Source: an uncultured Burkholderiales bacterium (lineage in GTDB: Bacteria > Vulcanimicrobiota > Xenobia > Xenobiales > JADMJV01). From it: a DNA stretch of 64,000 nt. The notes under the pieces were generated by a model. That model ran no database searches and was not told the origin of the DNA. It worked only from the letters and a program-made list of their open reading frames with translations. A program made the position numbers and the translations under genes. This document shows positions 8,339 to 17,800 of this stretch, one piece after another. The DNA lies in assembly GCA_964649085.1 (NCBI GenBank), contig CAZYPN010000002.1, positions 158,991 to 222,990 on the forward strand, given 5' to 3'. How positions within the stretch are numbered: position 1 is the first letter of the stretch; every line of letters starts with the position of its first letter.

Positions 8339-9586
8339 TCACAGTCGCTGGCGGAAAAGCACGGTAAGCCCGGACGAACTGCCGCCACCGGAGTTGGATC
8401 CCGTTGGCGAAAACTCGGCCAGCGCCACGTCATAGTGAATGCTGGCCGCCCCCGACAGCTTCACCCGATCGCCGACCAGAGCACCGAAAATCGTGGCAGA
8501 GTTGCTCAACTCCATATCGGCTCCCGGCCCGTAGACAACCCCCACAAGATCGGTTCCGCCCGATTGATCGTACTTGGCTCCGTCGCCCAAATAAATCTGC
8601 AGCAACTCGGGTCGGGTGCCATTCTCGGAAAGCCGGGCTCCGTTGCTGAGCTGCATCTCCTTCGACACGAAAATCTGCACCGGCCCGTCTCCGGCCAGCT
8701 CGATTCGGGTGCCGCCCGAGATGTCGAGTTTCTCGAAAATGTAGGTTCCGGCTTCAAGAGTAAGACGGGCGCCGTTGCTGATGGTCACCGTGCGATAGTT
8801 GCCGGGTTCGAGCGACTTGGATTTCGAATTCAAGCTCAGATCCTTATCTCCAGGCTTACCGGGTGCCTCAACCGTAGGAAGGTCAAGCGGTGTGGTTTGA
8901 ACCTCGGCCTTTTCGTAGCTGGTGCCCCAGTCTTTCCAAATGGTGCTGTCTTTGCCCATGGTGCTCCCATTGGGAACTGTGGCATCGACCTTGCCGCCAA
9001 CGCCCACCAGGATCGTGCCGTCGATACTGGCCCCTCCGGTGATCTGGACCGAACCGGCTTTACTCGAATTGGTCACCACCCTCGCCTGGGATCCACCTTT
9101 CTTGTAGGGCCCCAATCGACTGTCATACGAGTCGATCGAGGCCCCGTTGGAAAGCGCGATAGAACTGCCAAAAGCTCCCGGCACACCCTTGCCTACCGAG
9201 GTTCCGGGCCGAACCAGCGCACAGGCTCGGCGTCGGGTGGTGGGGGCGAAAAAGCCCGTGCTGATCACATAGATACAGTCGGAGGGAATGGCCTGTCCAT
9301 CCAGGGTACGGTTGGGGCTGCGAAGAATTTGAATGTGATAGGTTTCGGGACCATCCCCCAACTGCACCGGCTGAGCCAATCCGGCATATCCCGAATTCTC
9401 AGCCAGCAGCTTGAGAGCCACCACCAATCCTGAGTCGGCGGCCGCCTGGGCTCGCTCGCTGCCCAGTCGATGAACAGCCATTTGCAGCTGCTGTCGTGAG
9501 CCCCAAGAGAGCGCGAAGGCGATGGCCATCAAGATCGCTCCCAGAGCCACTGCCAGCGCCAGCACAAAGCCCGCCCGGCGCCTCAA
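8339..9586 (-). CDS. Membrane-anchored pilus-associated protein (PilX/TadG-like minor-pilin-associated; candidate tip/adhesin)
   Basis: Single N-terminal TM 'FVLALAVALGAILMAIAFAL'. Gly/Ser/Thr-rich C-terminal region with repeated 'SNGARL', 'GGASIDG', 'GGT(R/D)' motifs. Start ATGA-overlaps the upstream pseudopilin stop. Confidence 0.4.
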   Translation of the reverse strand: MRRRAGFVLALAVALGAILMAIAFALSWGSRQQLQMAVHRLGSERAQAAADSGLVVALKLLAENSGYAGLAQPVQLGDGPETYHIQILRSPNRTLDGQAIPSDCIYVISTGFFAPTTRRRACALVRPGTSVGKGVPGAFGSSIALSNGASIDSYDSRLGPYKKGGSQARVVTNSSKAGSVQITGGASIDGTILVGVGGKVDATVPNGSTMGKDSTIWKDWGTSYEKAEVQTTPLDLPTVEAPGKPGDKDLSLNSKSKSLEPGNYRTVTISNGARLTLEAGTYIFEKLDISGGTRIELAGDGPVQIFVSKEMQLSNGARLSENGTRPELLQIYLGDGAKYDQSGGTDLVGVVYGPGADMELSNSATIFGALVGDRVKLSGAASIHYDVALAEFSPTGSNSGGGSSSGLTVLFRQRL

Positions 9587-10167
9587 TTCTGGGGTACCAC
9601 GCTGGCCACGAATTCTACCTGGTAACCGTTCGGTGTGGTCGTGAACAGGCGAACGCGATAGGCCCGATTGGAGGGCCCGGAAACCTCAAAAGCCCGCACG
9701 TTTCGCAGCAATATCCTTTGCCGCCAGGACGACGGTGCCAGCGGTGGCCCCGTCGTCAACTCGCCTCCGCTGGTCACGGGCGTGACAAAAGCCTGTTCGG
9801 CGCTCCAAAGCGTACCATTGTTGAGGCCGAAGGCCCTCCAGCTCGACCAGATCGGCACTCCCGAGCGGTCGAATTGCAGCGCGCTGCTCCCAACACTGGC
9901 GGCTCGAGGGATGACAATACCCGCAATGTTGGCATCTCGACGGATCGACTCGGACCGGCTCCAGGAAAGCTCGGACATCACGGTGTTCAAGGCCTTTTCC
10001 GAGAGGCTCAGCGTCTCCTGGACAGCCTGATAGCGCAAGTTCAGACGGGCGAAGAAGATCAGGTAGCCCATCATCAAGGTTCCCGCCAGGCCCATCAACC
10101 CCATCGAGACCACGGCCTCGGTCAGGGTGAAGGCGTGGCAGCGTCGACTAACCGGGACTGTCGACAA
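9583..10167 (-). CDS. Prepilin-type N-terminal cleavage/methylation domain protein (pseudopilin)
   Basis: 'RCHAFTLTEAVVSMGLMGLAGTLMMGYLIFF' is a class III signal-like motif (A/G-FTL.E plus hydrophobic helix). Confidence 0.55.
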   Translation of the reverse strand: MSTVPVSRRCHAFTLTEAVVSMGLMGLAGTLMMGYLIFFARLNLRYQAVQETLSLSEKALNTVMSELSWSRSESIRRDANIAGIVIPRAASVGSSALQFDRSGVPIWSSWRAFGLNNGTLWSAEQAFVTPVTSGGELTTGPPLAPSSWRQRILLRNVRAFEVSGPSNRAYRVRLFTTTPNGYQVEFVASVVPQN

Positions 10168-10534
10168 AGCACTTCACCTCCACTCGATGATTACGGCCGC
10201 CTTCCTGCCAAAGAACTCGCGAGCGAACGAACAACAGGCCCTGTTGTGACGAGGTTTCCAATTGGGGCTGGAACTGCATCACCGAGCGGCCAATGCGACA
10301 GGAAATCGTTGCCAACGGTTGCACGCCCAGGGTGGGCTTCAGATTACCGGCTCGCACCGACTCCAACCCTTCGCGGGCGATTTGAACGGCCACCCGAACC
10401 TGGGCGGCCTGAATGTAGCTGCGCTCTGCCGAAGAAACCACGCCCAGAGTGGCAACCCCTACCACGAACATGACGAAAAAGGCCACCACCACTTGAGTCA
10501 GCAAAAAACCTCTGAAGCGGTGAATGCCCATCAC
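10148..10534 (-). CDS. Pseudopilin-like protein (prepilin-type N-terminus, E5->Q)
   Basis: 'FRGFLLTQVVVAFFVMFVVGVATLG' is a G-F-L-L-T-Q prepilin-like motif followed by a hydrophobic helix. Confidence 0.5.
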   Translation of the reverse strand: MMGIHRFRGFLLTQVVVAFFVMFVVGVATLGVVSSAERSYIQAAQVRVAVQIAREGLESVRAGNLKPTLGVQPLATISCRIGRSVMQFQPQLETSSQQGLLFVRSRVLWQEGGRNHRVEVKCFVDSPG

Positions 10535-11745
10535 ATCATCAGCGCCGGCAAATTGAGGAAGGGAAGTGCCAGCCCCAGGATCACTCCCCCAAGAATGAGC
10601 CCGACCAGCACCGTAAGTGCCGGTTCAAGCAGGCTGGTAAGGCCCCGCAGGGCGTGCTCGCAGCGACGGGTGTAGAAGCGATCAATTTCGGTCAGCATAC
10701 GCTCCAGAGCCCCGGAACTCTCTCCCGTCGCCACCATTTCACAGGCCATCGAGGGGAAGAATTCGGTGCCACGCATGGCCGAGGACAACATCTCGCCCAG
10801 CGTCACCCGCTCCCTCAATGTCTGCACCAGAGCGGCCACATGCACGCTGGGAGTGGCTTCGGCCACCACCGTCAGGGCCTGAGCCAGGGGCACCCCACTG
10901 CGATACAGCAGACCCAACGTGCGCGCGAAGAGAGCCACCTGGAGGCCCTTGAAAATCTGATTGAAGGGATACAGTCGCAGCAGGAAGGCCTCGAAGCCAG
11001 CCCGGGTTGGCCCGTGCTTCAGGCCACGTCGAAGGCTCACAACTGCCAGCACGATGCCGAGAAGCCAGGCCCACCAGTAGCTCGAGAGACTCATGCCCAC
11101 ATTGACCAGGATCTGCGTTGGCAGCGGCAAGGCCGCACCCATGGCGTCGAAAATCGACTTGATCTGGGGCACACCCCAGGCCAGCATCAGACCGGCCAGA
11201 ATACTGGCCACACTCAGAACGAACAAAGGATAGGCGAGTGCCGAACGAACCTGACCCATCAGAGCATCCCGGCTCTCCATGTCCTCGGCCAGTTGACCCA
11301 ATACCTCCGGCAGCCGTCCCGAAGCCTCGCCAGCCCGCACCAGTTTGGATTGATAGATCGGAAAAACGGCCGGATGCTGGGCCATGGCGTCGGACATATT
11401 GGACCCCTCGGCCAGGCCGCTGGCGACCTGCCTCAACACCCGCTGCAGCCGGCTGTTCTCGCAGTCATCGGCCAGAGTCTCAAGACATGGCTTCAGTGCC
11501 ACTCCGGCCGAAGTGGCCACGGCCAACTGCTGAAAAGTGGCCAACAACTGCTCGGTGGAGGGGCCTCTTTCAAACAGGGGCTGATGCTCGCGAATGGCCC
11601 GCAACTCGGTGACCAACTGATAGTGTTCCGCCAGACTTTGCAGGGCAGCCGAACGAGAACTGGCCTGGATGTTGCCACTGACCAGTTGCCCCTCGTGATT
11701 CTGAGCTTGATACTGATAACGGGGCACGAAAGACTCCTTTCCCAC
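10531..11745 (-). CDS. Type II secretion system / type IV pilus inner-membrane platform protein (GspF/PilC family)
   Basis: 404 aa with two GspF repeats, three TM segments, and a typical 'GLILGGVILGLALP' C-terminal TM. Confidence 0.85.
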   Translation of the reverse strand: MGKESFVPRYQYQAQNHEGQLVSGNIQASSRSAALQSLAEHYQLVTELRAIREHQPLFERGPSTEQLLATFQQLAVATSAGVALKPCLETLADDCENSRLQRVLRQVASGLAEGSNMSDAMAQHPAVFPIYQSKLVRAGEASGRLPEVLGQLAEDMESRDALMGQVRSALAYPLFVLSVASILAGLMLAWGVPQIKSIFDAMGAALPLPTQILVNVGMSLSSYWWAWLLGIVLAVVSLRRGLKHGPTRAGFEAFLLRLYPFNQIFKGLQVALFARTLGLLYRSGVPLAQALTVVAEATPSVHVAALVQTLRERVTLGEMLSSAMRGTEFFPSMACEMVATGESSGALERMLTEIDRFYTRRCEHALRGLTSLLEPALTVLVGLILGGVILGLALPFLNLPALMM

Positions 11746-11843
11746 GGGTTCGCCCCCCTGCCTCGTTCGCCTTCAGCCTTAAGGCTGAAGCCAGCCAGGC
11801 TTAAGTCTGAAGGCATCGATGGGTTCAAGGCGAAGCCGCCGCT

Positions 11844-12245
11844 GTGGAGCGACCGCTGCTGATCTACGTTGTGGAAGACAGTCCTACTCAGGCTCTGGGG
11901 GTCAAGCGCACCTTGAAGAGCCTTCAACCCGTGGAGGTCAAGCTCTTCAGCGATGGTCTGGAGGCACACCGAGCGGTACAGTCCTGCCCTCCCGATCTCC
12001 TATTGATGGACCTGTTGGTGCCTTCGTTGCACGGCCTGGCCCTGTGCCGTTTACTGAAGTTCCACGCTGACTTTCAGCATATTCCCGTGCTGATTTTCAG
12101 CTCGATCACCGAAGTCGACATTCTCGAGCAAACCCAGGCGGCCGGTGCCGACGCCTTTTTGCCCAAGCCTTTCGATCCCGAACAACTGGTCAGCCGGGTG
12201 CGCAAACTGCGTCCCGAACTGCGACCGGTAGAGGCGTCGGCGTGA
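11844..12245 (+). CDS. Response regulator receiver (CheY-like, stand-alone REC)
   Basis: 'LLIYVVEDSP', 'DLLLMDLLVPSLHGLAL', 'IPVLIFSSI', 'LPKPF' are REC signature positions. Starts at GTG. Confidence 0.8.
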   Translation: MERPLLIYVVEDSPTQALGVKRTLKSLQPVEVKLFSDGLEAHRAVQSCPPDLLLMDLLVPSLHGLALCRLLKFHADFQHIPVLIFSSITEVDILEQTQAAGADAFLPKPFDPEQLVSRVRKLRPELRPVEASA

Positions 12246-13012
12246 AAGCCGAAGTCTTCTGGGACGACTTTCTCGACGCTTTGGAGTCGGCCCTCGAGCC
12301 CGATCCCGAGGCCCTGAGCCTGCGCGAACTGTATGTCCAGGGTCGCCTGTGGCAATCCTGGTGCAAGCGGCCCCATCGAGCCCCCGAGCGTTTCCAGCCC
12401 AACGATTGGGCCAGCAACTTTATGCGCTCAGGGCTGGGTAAACTGGAACTCAACCCGGACCTCTCCCAGCCTCGTCAAGGCGATCCCTGGCTCCTGGAGT
12501 TGCTGTGCCGCTCGTTGCTGGCCCTCAGCCCGGCCGGGACGCTGCACATCTCTGGCGATCCTCTGGCCCTCTGGCTCCGCCCTCCTCCGGGCCTGCCGAT
12601 TCCGGCGATGAAGGGCCCCCTACTTCAACGTCTCGGCTGGTCGCTTTCACTGGAGTGGACCTCCGACGGCATCCGTGTGCCGTGCCCCCTTGCGGTCGAG
12701 ACAACTGCCAGCCCGGTGGACTTTGACTCGCTGAGGCGCACCACGATGGACGATCCAGAGTTCGAACGCGAACTGATCGAAACGTTCCTTTCCGAGGGTC
12801 AACACCAACTCGAGAGCCTGCAGTTGCGCTATGCCAGCAACATTCTCCATTCGTTTCGCGGCAGTGCCTCGATGGTCGGAGCACGCACATTGACCGAACT
12901 GTTGGCAGCTCAGGAGAAACAGCCGGATCCGGCCCAACTTGTCCATTTGCAAAAGGAATTCGAGGCCGTCAGCGACTGTCTCCGTCAGCGACTACAGCAA
13001 CTCCACGCGTGA
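12242..13012 (+). CDS. Hpt (histidine phosphotransfer) domain protein
   Basis: C-terminal 'ILHSFRGSASMVGARTLTELL' fits the Hpt 'HxLKGSxxxxGA' motif. GTGA overlap with the upstream REC gene. Confidence 0.55.
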   Translation: MKAEVFWDDFLDALESALEPDPEALSLRELYVQGRLWQSWCKRPHRAPERFQPNDWASNFMRSGLGKLELNPDLSQPRQGDPWLLELLCRSLLALSPAGTLHISGDPLALWLRPPPGLPIPAMKGPLLQRLGWSLSLEWTSDGIRVPCPLAVETTASPVDFDSLRRTTMDDPEFERELIETFLSEGQHQLESLQLRYASNILHSFRGSASMVGARTLTELLAAQEKQPDPAQLVHLQKEFEAVSDCLRQRLQQLHA

Positions 13013-13020
13013 GGTGAAAC

Positions 13021-14727
13021 TTGAAAATCCTGGGTATTTGCCACGACGTCTTGATCTGTTCGGCCGCCCTGCTGATCGATGGCGAGGTGGTAGCAGCGAT
13101 CGCTGAAGAGCGTTTGGATCGCCAGAAGCAAAGCCGCCATTTTCCCGCCCTGGCGGTGCAGCGCTGCCTGTCGATGGCCGAGCTCAAGTTTTCCGACCTC
13201 GACGAGGTGGCCGTGGCCTGGAATCCCTCCTTGGAAATGGACACCGTGCCCTCGGGCTTCCTCTCGCGCCGTTGGCGATCGGAGCACCTTTCACAGGTGG
13301 CAGCTCGCTTCAGCCAGCTCTTTCCCGCACCCCCCTCAGCAGAACTTCAGCTGCTGGGGGTCCGCCAGGGTCTGCCTCCTATCACGTTCGTAGACCACTA
13401 CCACGCCCATCTGGGCAACGCCCTCTACCTGAGCCCTTTCGAGAACTGCGCCGTAGCGGTGCTGGACGGAAGGGGGGAAAAGCAGACCAGCTTGCTCGGA
13501 TTGGCCGAAGGAACCCGCTTTACGGCTCTCTCGGAAGTCAAGTTTCCCCATTCCCTGGGGCTCTTTTATGGAGCCGTCACCCAGCATCTCGGCTTCAAAC
13601 CCGATGGGGACGAATGGAAAGTGATGGCCCTGGCATCCTTCGCCAGCCCCGACAATGGCTATCTCGAACCCATGCGTCAGCTGGTCCGCCTGGACGGGCG
13701 GGGAGGTTTTGAACTGGATCTGGGCTATTTCGAGTTCTTTAATTTCTTCGAGCCGAAGATGTACAGCCAGCGCTATATCGACGTCTTTGGTCCGCCTCGT
13801 CGTCGCGACCAGCCGCTCGAGCCTCGCCACTACGAGATCGCCGCGGCCGCCCAAAAGGTCTTCGAGGATGCCGTCAGCGCCTTGCTGCACTGGCTGCATG
13901 AGCGCACCGGTCAAGCACATTTGGTGGTGGGCGGGGGCTGCTTTATGAATAGCGCCTACAACGGCAAGATCACCTCCCAGACCCCCTTTCGTGAGTGCTT
14001 TGTCGGCAGCTGTCCCGACGATTCCGGAACCTCCTTGGGGGCGGCCCTGTGGCTGCACGCCCAGCGCACCGGGCAACGCCCCCCAGCGGCCATGAGCCAC
14101 AACTACTGGGGGCCTGCCTACAGTGACGAAGACTGTCTGAGCGTGGCCCGACGTTACAAACTCGGCCCGCTCGAAGTCTGTGACGATCCGGGGCGGCGGG
14201 CTGCCCAGGACTTACTCTCGGGCAATATCCTGGGCTGGTTTCAGGGAGCCATGGAGTTTGGCCAGCGGGCCCTGGGGAATCGTTCCATTCTGCTCGACCC
14301 TCGCCGCAGCGACGGAAAAGACGTGGTCAACTCGGCCGTCAAGTTTCGCGAACATTTCCGCCCTTTCGCGCCGGCCATTCTGGCCGAGCACGTCAGCCAG
14401 TGGTTCGAGTGCGAGGCGGGCACAAGAGTGCCGTTCATGGAGAAGGTACTGCCCTTCCGACCCGGCCAGGGAGAAAAGGTTCCGGCCGTGCTTCACGTAG
14501 ACGGCACGGGTCGGCTGCAGACGGTGGACGAGCAGAGTTCTCCCCGTTATCGACGGCTGATTCAGTGCTTTTATGAGGAAACCGGGGTTCCCATCGTGCT
14601 CAACACCAGCTTCAACCTCAATGGTGAGGCCATCTGCTGCACGCCCGAGGATGCCCTGCGCTCGTTTTTCACGTGCGGGCTGGACGTCCTCTACCTGGGC
14701 AATGTGCGAATCTCCAAGATTCCCTGA
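13021..14727 (+). CDS. Carbamoyltransferase, NodU/CmcH family
   Basis: 'KILGICHDV...AAIAEERLDRQK' N-terminus, 'HYHAHLGNA', and 'VVGGGCFMNSAYNGKI' are typical of NodU/CmcH. Likely TTG start, preceded by GAGGTG. Confidence 0.8.
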   Translation: MKILGICHDVLICSAALLIDGEVVAAIAEERLDRQKQSRHFPALAVQRCLSMAELKFSDLDEVAVAWNPSLEMDTVPSGFLSRRWRSEHLSQVAARFSQLFPAPPSAELQLLGVRQGLPPITFVDHYHAHLGNALYLSPFENCAVAVLDGRGEKQTSLLGLAEGTRFTALSEVKFPHSLGLFYGAVTQHLGFKPDGDEWKVMALASFASPDNGYLEPMRQLVRLDGRGGFELDLGYFEFFNFFEPKMYSQRYIDVFGPPRRRDQPLEPRHYEIAAAAQKVFEDAVSALLHWLHERTGQAHLVVGGGCFMNSAYNGKITSQTPFRECFVGSCPDDSGTSLGAALWLHAQRTGQRPPAAMSHNYWGPAYSDEDCLSVARRYKLGPLEVCDDPGRRAAQDLLSGNILGWFQGAMEFGQRALGNRSILLDPRRSDGKDVVNSAVKFREHFRPFAPAILAEHVSQWFECEAGTRVPFMEKVLPFRPGQGEKVPAVLHVDGTGRLQTVDEQSSPRYRRLIQCFYEETGVPIVLNTSFNLNGEAICCTPEDALRSFFTCGLDVLYLGNVRISKIP

Positions 14728-14816
14728 ACTTGAAGAGGATTCTAGCTTCTACGAACTAAACTCGAACAAGTCGAGGATCGGGGAACCTGCCTTCCCCCCA
14801 GCGACTTTGTTTTTGT

Positions 14817-17800
14817 ATGAAGCACGCCGCACTCAAACAGTTGCTCCGCGTGATGGCTCGATTCAGCGCCATCACGCTGGGCCTGTCGATGGTTCTCCTG
14901 CTGGGGGCCTTCTTTCTGGCGTACTTTTTCAAAGACCAAATTTTACAGCACTACCGCCGGCAACTGGAAAAAAGTCTCAACGTCAACATCGCCATCCAAA
15001 GCTCCCAGCTGCGGGGCCTTCAGCTTCAACTTCGCGGAGTTCAGGCACAAACGCGAGGCGGGGCCCCGCTGGCCCGCATCGAGCGCCTGAAGGTCAACTT
15101 CCGCCCCTGGGCCGGCCTCACCCACGGAGCCGCTCGCTGGATCGACGCCTGTCAGTTGGAGCAACCTCAAATCGACCTGATTCTCGATGAGCAGGGTCGG
15201 CTGAACTGGGATTCCGTCACCCTGCCGACTCTCCCAGCACCCACCAGTCCCGAGCAAACGTTTCGGGGTGAGGTGCGTTTCGAGGGTGCCTCTCTCAGCC
15301 TGCGCGACCAACGCCAGGGCGGATTTCTGGCCCAACTCCCCCCGCTTCAGGGCCAGGTGGTGGTCAGGCCCGACCGACGCTGGACGGCCAGCGCCCAGGG
15401 GGCCCACCTGAAACTTCACGGCCAGGGCAGCCCGGGAGACCAGCAAATCCGACTTCAAATTGACGATCTGCCGCTGGAGGACTACCTGCAGCACCCTGAA
15501 CTGCGCGGCCTGATCCGGGCGGAGCAGGCTCTCGCCAGGGGCTCCCTGGAGGCCCGCTGGGGACCCGCAAAACCACCCCTGCTAAGTGGCAAAATCGGCC
15601 TGTCGGCCAGTTCTCTGGCCCTGCCCTCTTCCGGCCAAAGTCTGCAACAGGCCAGCGCCCAGCTTGCCTGGCTGGGCGGGAGCCTGTCGATCGAAAAGGC
15701 CCGGGCACTGTGGCAGGGCATGCCGATCCATATCGAGGGTGAAGTCAAAAGTGGCCAGCACGGTTGGGAGGACCCCTGGCTTGATCTGCGCCTGCGGGCA
15801 CCCCAAATTGCGCTGAAAAAGCTACAGCCCTGGCTCAAGGGAGTTCCGGTTGAACCCAGCGGAACGCTGGCCCTTGACATTCTGGCCGAGGGCCCCCTCT
15901 CTGAGCCCCAGGTCAGGGGGAGGCTGAAAGGTTGGAAACTGCTGCTCGGCGGCCAGCACCTGGCTGATGTTCTCAGCGACTTCGAGCTCGATGCCACCAG
16001 CCTGCACATTGAAAAACTGCTGGCCCATACCGGGCAGGGTGAGGAGTTCTCGGCCTCGGGCTGGATCTTTCGCGGTGGCGACCAGCGCATTTTCTTACGC
16101 CTTCAGGGCGGCCAAGCCGATTTGCGGGCCTTGCACCCCTGGCTGGGCCAGGGGCAGGATCTCGAGGTTACCGCGCTGGGATCGCTGCTCGATCCCATTT
16201 TAACAGGACACGGTCAACTGGCCGCTCTACCCCATAATCCCCTGGGCCTGACCGGGGCCGACGGAAACTTCTGGATCGACTCCGGCTCGGCCCTGGTCTG
16301 GAACTCGGCTCTGCAGGGCTCCGGAGGAGAAATTCAGGTACCCTGGGCGGTGCTCGATCTGACTCGAGGTCAACTGGCTGGGGCGGTCACCACCGAGCGG
16401 TTCAACCTGGCCACTCCGCAGGCCCTTCTGGAACTGCGAGGCGGAGGCCAGGGCGTGATCGACCTGAAAAACCAAAACTATAGCGGAACCGCCTGGCTGG
16501 AAGACAGCCGCATTCAGGCTGGCGGACTACCCTCCCTGAATGGCGTTCGCGGGTATCTGGCCTTTGAGCCCGGCGCGATGCTCGTGCCGCAACTCGAATT
16601 CCAGGCAGCGGGTGACCCGGTGGAGGTCACGGGCAGTTGGAACTCGGGGCAGGGCAATCTGTGGCTCCGTTCTCCCGGCATCAACCTCGCCCATTGGCTG
16701 AACCTCCCCGGAGCACAGGGGACCCAGCAACTCATGGCCTCGGCCCGAGTGCAGGCCGGGCAGATTGACGCCTTCCGCCTGTCCACTCGAGGCACGTTGG
16801 GGGATGCCTGGGCGGTGGGTCGCTGGCTTCCCGGGCAGGGTCCCGAACTCTACACCCAGTTCGCCAACCTGAGCCCGGGCAACGCCCCGCCGCTGGTGGG
16901 CGAGCTGGCCACCCGTTGGAATCAGGGACGGATGCAATACCTCTATCGGCTGGCGCCCGAACAGGGTGCCGACCAGACCTGGGCCTTCGGCCAGGGATGG
17001 TTGCAGGGAAATCAGCTGCACCTGGCCGAGAATTTCCTGCACCAGCCGTCGCTTGAACCCGTTGTTCAAGAGCATAAAGAGGGACGAGCCTATTCCTACT
17101 TTGGTCCGCTCGAGGGACCGCCCCTCATCACCGTCCACGATGGGGCCGTGCCGCGCAGCCAGGGAACGCTGAGCTGGAAGGGTCGCCTGGACCTGCGGCG
17201 CAAGCGCCTTCAGGTCGATGTTCAGGGACGACAACTGCGGGCCCATCAGTTAGCCGCCTGGTTCGGCCCCCTGGCCCAGCCGGCACCCGAGTGGTGGGTG
17301 GAACAGGGCGTACGACTCGAGGAAGCCGTCGTCGACGTGGATGCTCGGGGCGACGGTCCCCTGAACGGGCTGCAATGGTCGGCCTCGCTGCGCTCTCCCT
17401 GGACCCGCCTTTCGCGCAACCTGGGCGATGAACTGCGCTCCACCGCCTTCTCCTGGCGCACCGAGGCCGAGCTCCGAAGTGGCAGGCTGCGCCTGACCAA
17501 CCTGCTTTCACCCCGGCCTCAGGACTGGTCTCTGATGAGCTGGCGAGGTCCGCGTCGAGGCGGAACCCCCGAGGCCGATTGGCTGCGCTCGCGATTGGAA
17601 CTGGATTCCAAGTTGCAGCTCGCCGGCTGGGTGCGTGCCGAAGCCTTCCCCATGAGCACTGCCGGCTGGTTCACCCCCGGATGGGTCTCGGGCCAGTTGC
17701 CTTCGGGCAAGTTGAGCACCGGAACGGGGCAGGGGCTGCGGATCAGCGGTAGCCTTTCTCGTCCACTGCTCGACGGTCGCGTCGACCTGGTGGATGGCCG

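Noticed and set aside
6399-11862. Plus-strand ORFs 6399..7331, 8078..9433, 9496..10473, 10654..11862
   Set aside because: All are antisense to well-supported pilus operon genes (pilB, minor-pilin-like, pseudopilins, gspF).
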